From Alphaproteobacteria bacterium (GTDB lineage: Bacteria > Pseudomonadota > Alphaproteobacteria > GCA-2731375): DNA of 64,000 nt. The notes below the pieces were generated by a model. That model saw nothing but the letters and a program-made list of their open reading frames with translations, was not told the origin of the DNA and made no database searches. Shown piece by piece: positions 59,182-64,000 of the stretch. The stretch lies in the NCBI GenBank assembly GCA_965225945.1, contig CBDDBZ010000033.1:1-64000 (forward strand), read 5' to 3'. The number at the start of each line of letters is the position of its first letter. Positions within the stretch are counted from its first letter, which is position 1. The position numbers were made by a program, and so were the translations under genes.

Positions 59182-59439
59182 CTCCCTCCTATTGACGCCG
59201 ACGATGACGACCGTGTCTCGTCGACGTTGCCTCGATGCCGAACCCGTTCCCCCGGGGCGCGCCAGTGTACAGAGATGAAATGCCGCGCATTCCCGGTGTC
59301 GGGAAGCCGAAAACCCGCCATTCGAGTTCGGTAGCGTCATGATTATAGGCACACTCGGACACGCAATGTATAGCCTTGCGAGGTGTCCGCATCTGGGTCA
59401 AGGTCTCCAGGATCCGATGCTGGTTGTCGTGGGTGAGCG

Positions 59440-61080
59440 ATGACGAAATTCGAAACACGCCTCACGGACGAGATGGTGACGAAGTTCCGCGAAGCCGGAT
59501 TCTGGCGAGGCGAAACCTTTCACGATGTCTTGGCGGCCCGCGCGGATCGCCATCCCGATCGCGAGGCGTTGTCGGACGGCCGCCGCCGCGTGAGCTATCG
59601 TGAGCTAGGCGACTGCGTCGACGCGGTCGCGGCGGAATTGCAGGCCCACGGCATCGGCCGCCACGACGTCGTCACCATCCAGCTTCCCAACTGGATAGAG
59701 TTCGCCTGTGCGTTCTTTGCCGTCGAGCGGCTGGGCGCCATCGCGATCCAGGTCAGCACCGATTTTCGCGAGCGGGAACTCGCCTTCATTCTCGAGTTCT
59801 CCGACAGCGCCGCCTTCGTGTGCGCCCGCGAGTTTCGTGGCTTCGATCACCTCGCCATGATCGACGAGCTCCGCCCGAGGCTGCCGGGGCTGCGGCTGGT
59901 GGCCTGCGTGGACCGCGAAAGTGGCGACGGCGTCGTTTCGTTGGCCGACGCGATCGCGGGCGGCGCGCCCTCCGCGCGGCTGACGGCACTCGCCATGGAC
60001 GCGGACGAGATCTTTCGCATGGCCTTCACCTCCGGCACGACCGGCAACCCCAAGGCGGTGATTCACAGTCACGACACGACGCTGTCGGCGGCGCGCATTC
60101 AGAACGACGATCTCGGCATCCGCGAGGACGACGTTCTTCTGCTCTATCTGCCGCTCGGCCTGAACTGGGGTTATCTGGCGCTGCTGCAAACGATCGTCGC
60201 CGGCGCCCGCGCGGTCCTCCTCGACCGCTTCTCCGCCGCCGCCGCGCTGTCGCTGATCGAATCCGAGCGCGTGACCTATGTTCCCACGGCACCCGCCTCG
60301 ATTATCGCGATGCTCAACGAGCCCGGCCTGGAGCGCCGCGACATCTCCTCGCTCAGGCTGGTGGTGAGCGGCGGCGCATCCTGCCCGGTCGAGACGATCC
60401 GCGAATTTCGAGCGAAGATGAAGGGTGACTTCATCGAGCTTTACGGCATGCTGGAATCGGGTTTCCACAGCTACACCCGCGCCACCGACGATCCGGAAGC
60501 CGTGAGCGGCACCGTCGGCAAGCCGGCCTCGGGTCTGGGGCTGCGCATCCTCGACGAGGCCGGCGACGACATCGCCGAGGGCGGCGAGGGCGAGATCGCC
60601 GGACTCGGCCCCTCGATCCATCTCGGCTATCACAACAATCCGGCCGCCAACGCCGCCGCCTTCACTGCGGACGGTTGGTTTCGAACCGGCGACCTCGGCT
60701 ATCTCGATCCGGCGAGCAACCTGGTGATCTCCGGTCGGAACAAGGAAATCATCAACCGGGGCGGCAAGAAGTTTCACCCCCGCGAGATCGAGGAAATCCT
60801 CTATACCAGCCCCAACGTCCTCCATGTCGCGATCATCGGCGTGCCCGACCCTCGGCTCGGCGAGCGCAATTGCCTCTGCGTCGTGCCACGCCCGGGAAAA
60901 TCGGTGGTCCTCGAGGAGATGCTGGAACTGCTTCGAGGCAAGGTTGCGACCTACAAGCTTCCGGAGTCGCTGGAAATTTTCGATTCCCTACCGTTCACGC
61001 CGACCGGCAAGCTACGGCGCCATCGTCTCGCCGAATGGATCGGGGAACGGACGTCAGCGCAAAATTCGCCCGAGCCGTAA
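59440..61080 (+). CDS. AMP-binding acyl-CoA ligase
   Basis: FTSGTTGNPK, YGMLE, WFRTGD, GRNKEIINRGG, TPTGK. Confidence 0.9.
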   Translation: MTKFETRLTDEMVTKFREAGFWRGETFHDVLAARADRHPDREALSDGRRRVSYRELGDCVDAVAAELQAHGIGRHDVVTIQLPNWIEFACAFFAVERLGAIAIQVSTDFRERELAFILEFSDSAAFVCAREFRGFDHLAMIDELRPRLPGLRLVACVDRESGDGVVSLADAIAGGAPSARLTALAMDADEIFRMAFTSGTTGNPKAVIHSHDTTLSAARIQNDDLGIREDDVLLLYLPLGLNWGYLALLQTIVAGARAVLLDRFSAAAALSLIESERVTYVPTAPASIIAMLNEPGLERRDISSLRLVVSGGASCPVETIREFRAKMKGDFIELYGMLESGFHSYTRATDDPEAVSGTVGKPASGLGLRILDEAGDDIAEGGEGEIAGLGPSIHLGYHNNPAANAAAFTADGWFRTGDLGYLDPASNLVISGRNKEIINRGGKKFHPREIEEILYTSPNVLHVAIIGVPDPRLGERNCLCVVPRPGKSVVLEEMLELLRGKVATYKLPESLEIFDSLPFTPTGKLRRHRLAEWIGERTSAQNSPEP

Positions 61081-61121
61081 TGTCGATCGGTGGCGCGATC
61101 GCCCGAAGGAAGTGACATTCC

Positions 61122-62765
61122 GTGCGCATCGACGATCCTCAGATCCCACCCTCCCGCATGAAAGCCTTCAGGGAGGCCGGATACTGGCGCGAGGCGACCA
61201 CGAACGAGTGGCTGGAGTCCGCCGCGCGCGCTCATCCCGAGAGAATCGCGTTGCAGGACCGGCGCGGCCGTCTCGACTACGCGTCGTATTTCCGGCGGGC
61301 GGAGCGCCTGGCGGCACGGTTCGTGTCGTTGGGGCTGACGGCGGACGACGTGGTTGCCGTCCAGCTACCGAACTGGAACGAGTTCGCCGTCGCCGTCAAC
61401 GCCACCATGCTGGTCGGTGTGCCCTTCTGTCAATACCACAGCGACTTTCGTCGTCGCGAGGTTGAATTCATCCTGGGCTTCACCGAGGCGTCGGTACTGA
61501 TCGTCCCGCGTGAGTTTCGCGGCTTCGACTATCTGGCCATGATCGAGGAACTGCGGCCGAAACTGCCGAGGCTCGAGCACGTGTTCGTCGTCGGCGACGA
61601 CGTCCCACCGGATTACTTCGACCTGCGCCGGTTCCTCGACCTCGACGCCGGTCTGGAGATTTCGCCGGAGAGCCTGCGCCGGCGGCGTCCCGACGCCGAC
61701 CAGCTGGCGCGGACCGCCTTTACCTCGGGCACCACGGGAAATCCGAAGGCGGTACTCCACGTCCACAACACCACCAACTGCGCGCTCGAATTTCTCAATC
61801 GCGGCCAGCGAATTACCGCCGACAGCGTCTTGATGGTGTTCCTGCCGGTCGGCCTCAACTGGGGACTCTTCAACACCTTGCAGGCGATCGGCGTCGGGTG
61901 CAGGGTGGTCTTTCAAGATATTTTCCGGGCCGAGGAGGCGCTGGCGCTGATCGCGCGCGAAGGCGTGACCCACTTCTGCTGCGCGCCGGCCCATCTCGTC
62001 GCCATGTTGAACGTGCCGAACTTCGAGCACCATGACCTCGCCAGCCTACAAGTGATCATGACGGGCGGTGCGTCCTGTCCAATCGAGGTCATTCGCGAGG
62101 TGCAAAGCCGCATGCCCGGACATCTCCTGGAGATGTACGGGATGTTGGAGTGCGGGACCCAGGCGCACACGCTTCTCACCGATGACCCGGAGGAGGTCTG
62201 CGGCACCGTCGGCAAGCCGGTGCCGGAAATGGGCATTCGCGTGGTCGACGACGAGGGCATTGACGTCCCGGCCGGCGCGGTCGGGGAGATCCTGACCCAT
62301 GGGCCGTCGGTCACCATCGGCTACTACAACAACCCCGAGGTCAACCGGGAAAGCTTCACGCCGGACGGCTGGTTCCATACCGGCGACCAGGGTCGTTTCG
62401 ACGACAAGGGCTATCTCAGGATCGTCGGGCGCAAAAAGGAGATGGTGATCCGGGGCGGCGCGAACATCTATCCACGCGAGATCGAAGAAGTTCTCTACCA
62501 GCATCCCAAGGTTCTCGACGCCGCCATCGTCGGTATCCCGGACCCGCGTCTCGGCGAGCGGGTTTGCGCCTGCATCGTCCCCCGGGCGGGAGAAAGCATG
62601 AGTTTCGAGGAATTGATCGACTTCCTGAAGGACAAGATCGCGACCTACAAGCTGCCGGAATTTTTACAGATCCACGGGGATCTTCCGCGCACGCCGACGG
62701 GAAAGGTCCAGAAGCGCCCCCTCGCCGATCTCGCCCGGCGGCGCCTCGAGGCCGAGGGAAGCTGA
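61122..62765 (+). CDS. AMP-binding acyl-CoA ligase (paralogue of the preceding gene)
   Basis: FTSGTTGNPK, YGMLE, WFHTGD, GRKKEMVIRGG, PRTPTGKVQK. Confidence 0.9.
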   Translation: MRIDDPQIPPSRMKAFREAGYWREATTNEWLESAARAHPERIALQDRRGRLDYASYFRRAERLAARFVSLGLTADDVVAVQLPNWNEFAVAVNATMLVGVPFCQYHSDFRRREVEFILGFTEASVLIVPREFRGFDYLAMIEELRPKLPRLEHVFVVGDDVPPDYFDLRRFLDLDAGLEISPESLRRRRPDADQLARTAFTSGTTGNPKAVLHVHNTTNCALEFLNRGQRITADSVLMVFLPVGLNWGLFNTLQAIGVGCRVVFQDIFRAEEALALIAREGVTHFCCAPAHLVAMLNVPNFEHHDLASLQVIMTGGASCPIEVIREVQSRMPGHLLEMYGMLECGTQAHTLLTDDPEEVCGTVGKPVPEMGIRVVDDEGIDVPAGAVGEILTHGPSVTIGYYNNPEVNRESFTPDGWFHTGDQGRFDDKGYLRIVGRKKEMVIRGGANIYPREIEEVLYQHPKVLDAAIVGIPDPRLGERVCACIVPRAGESMSFEELIDFLKDKIATYKLPEFLQIHGDLPRTPTGKVQKRPLADLARRRLEAEGS

Positions 62766-62804
62766 CGCCGCCGTCCACCACCCGTTCCCGGAGGGAGAGT
62801 CCAC

Positions 62805-63662
62805 GTGCGCTATATCGACATGCATTCACATTGGAAGACCCGGCGCGGCTATGTACTGCAGACCGAGGAAGAGTTGGCCAAGCAGCGTCATACTTGGCGT
62901 TCGGAACCCGACTACGTGAGCGAGGAGGAGATGGCCGACGACTTTCGCCGCGCGGGCATGCGTGTCGTTCTCGACTTCGGCTTCACCAAGTTCATCCCCG
63001 TCGCCGAGGCTCGCGATCTGCACGACTATGCCTTCGATACCCAGCGGCGCTTTCCGGACGCCATCGTCGGCAACTGGTTTCACTTCCAGCCCGAAAGCGG
63101 GCCCGAGGCATTGCGGGAATTCGAGCGCTGCCTGGATGTCGGCGCTGGATTCGTCGGCCTTGCGGTTTCGGGCTCGGGTGGCGTTCCGGCCAGCGACCCC
63201 ACCTACGAGCCCTTCTACCACCTCTGCATCGAAGCCAACGTTCCCGCCCTCGTCTTCGTCGGGACCACCGGCCTAGGTTCCGGCTTTCCGGGCGGCAACG
63301 GCATCCTGCTCGACCACTGCCACCCACGCCATCTCGACTATGTCGCCGCCCGATTTCCGAATTTGAAGATCCTGGCAGCGCGTCCGGCCTGGCCCTGGCA
63401 GGCGGAGATGATCGCCGTCCTCGTGCACAAGGCGAACGTTTGGTACGAACTGCACGGCTGGTCGCCGAAGTACTACACCGACGACCTCAAACACGAAATT
63501 CCACGCCGCCTGAAGGACCGGATCATGTTCGGCGCCGACTATCCGTTGTTGAGCTACGAGCGCCTGATCGCCGAGTGGGGTGATCTGGGCTACGAGGACG
63601 AGGTGATGGAAAAGGTCTTTCACCGCAACGCCGAGGCCTTTTTGGCCCAGCTGGGAAGCTGA
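62805..63662 (+). CDS. Amidohydrolase_2 family protein
   Basis: IDMHSH, VAARFPNLKI, AWPW, MFGADYP, FHRNA. Confidence 0.87.
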   Translation: MRYIDMHSHWKTRRGYVLQTEEELAKQRHTWRSEPDYVSEEEMADDFRRAGMRVVLDFGFTKFIPVAEARDLHDYAFDTQRRFPDAIVGNWFHFQPESGPEALREFERCLDVGAGFVGLAVSGSGGVPASDPTYEPFYHLCIEANVPALVFVGTTGLGSGFPGGNGILLDHCHPRHLDYVAARFPNLKILAARPAWPWQAEMIAVLVHKANVWYELHGWSPKYYTDDLKHEIPRRLKDRIMFGADYPLLSYERLIAEWGDLGYEDEVMEKVFHRNAEAFLAQLGS

Positions 63663-63663
63663 C

Positions 63664-64000
63664 ATGGATCTTGGACTCGGGGGCAAGGTCGCCATCGTCA
63701 ACGGGGCGAGCCAGGGGATCGGCTACGCCATCGCGCGGACCTTCGCCGAGGAGGGCGCGCGGGTTGCGATCTCGGCGCGCCGCGAGCCGGCGCTCGGCGA
63801 GGCCAGGAACCGGCTGGTGGCCGAGACCGGCGGCGAGTTCCTGGCCATACAGGGGGATATCCGCCGAGCGGAGGACTGCGCGCGCATCGTCGAGGAGGCG
63901 GCCGCGCACTACGGCGGCATCGACATTCTGGTCAACAACGACGGGGCCCCGCCCCTCGGGTCCTTCGTCGATTTCGACGACCAGGCCTGGAGCCGGGCGG
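63664..64000 (+). CDS. SDR oxidoreductase, 5' part only
   Basis: MDLGLGGKVAIVNGASQGIG, GGIDILVNN; runs off the window end. Confidence 0.88.
   Translation, partial: MDLGLGGKVAIVNGASQGIGYAIARTFAEEGARVAISARREPALGEARNRLVAETGGEFLAIQGDIRRAEDCARIVEEAAAHYGGIDILVNNDGAPPLGSFVDFDDQAWSRA

Overview
GC-rich alphaproteobacterial (Rhodospirillales-like, by gene content) chromosomal segment showing heavy IS expansion and gene decay. Bases 378-13033 are about 89% mobile DNA by my element boundaries (a MITE, three different IS630, IS1182, IS1595, an IS3-like element and IS4), piled into the promoter and first genes of a Tad/Flp (cpa) pilus locus: flp (split), cpaA, double-length cpaB, cpaC-E, cpaF (disrupted), tadB, tadC, TPR-SPOR lipoprotein. 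The most striking structure is a ~755-bp transposase-less element present in four copies. It has 43-bp perfect terminal inverted repeats and 8-bp target duplications, carries a 102-aa LRV/HEAT-like passenger gene, and has an NrdR-box-like palindrome in each end. It has inserted upstream of flp, just inside both ends of the IS that splits flp, and into cpaF. The rest of the window holds a degenerate REC-GGDEF regulator, catabolic enzymes, a glycosyltransferase pair behind a G16 tract, groES-groEL with CIRCE, an IS-split MshEN-like AAA ATPase, a SNF2-SWIM pair next to a tRNA-end-like/CAGGGAA repeat boundary, a Liv-type ABC transporter and three acyl-CoA ligases. Several genes have been shrunk by internal deletions and there are many short exact tandem duplications. 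No rRNA, complete tRNA or CRISPR array was seen. All family calls come from motif recognition by eye, not database searches.
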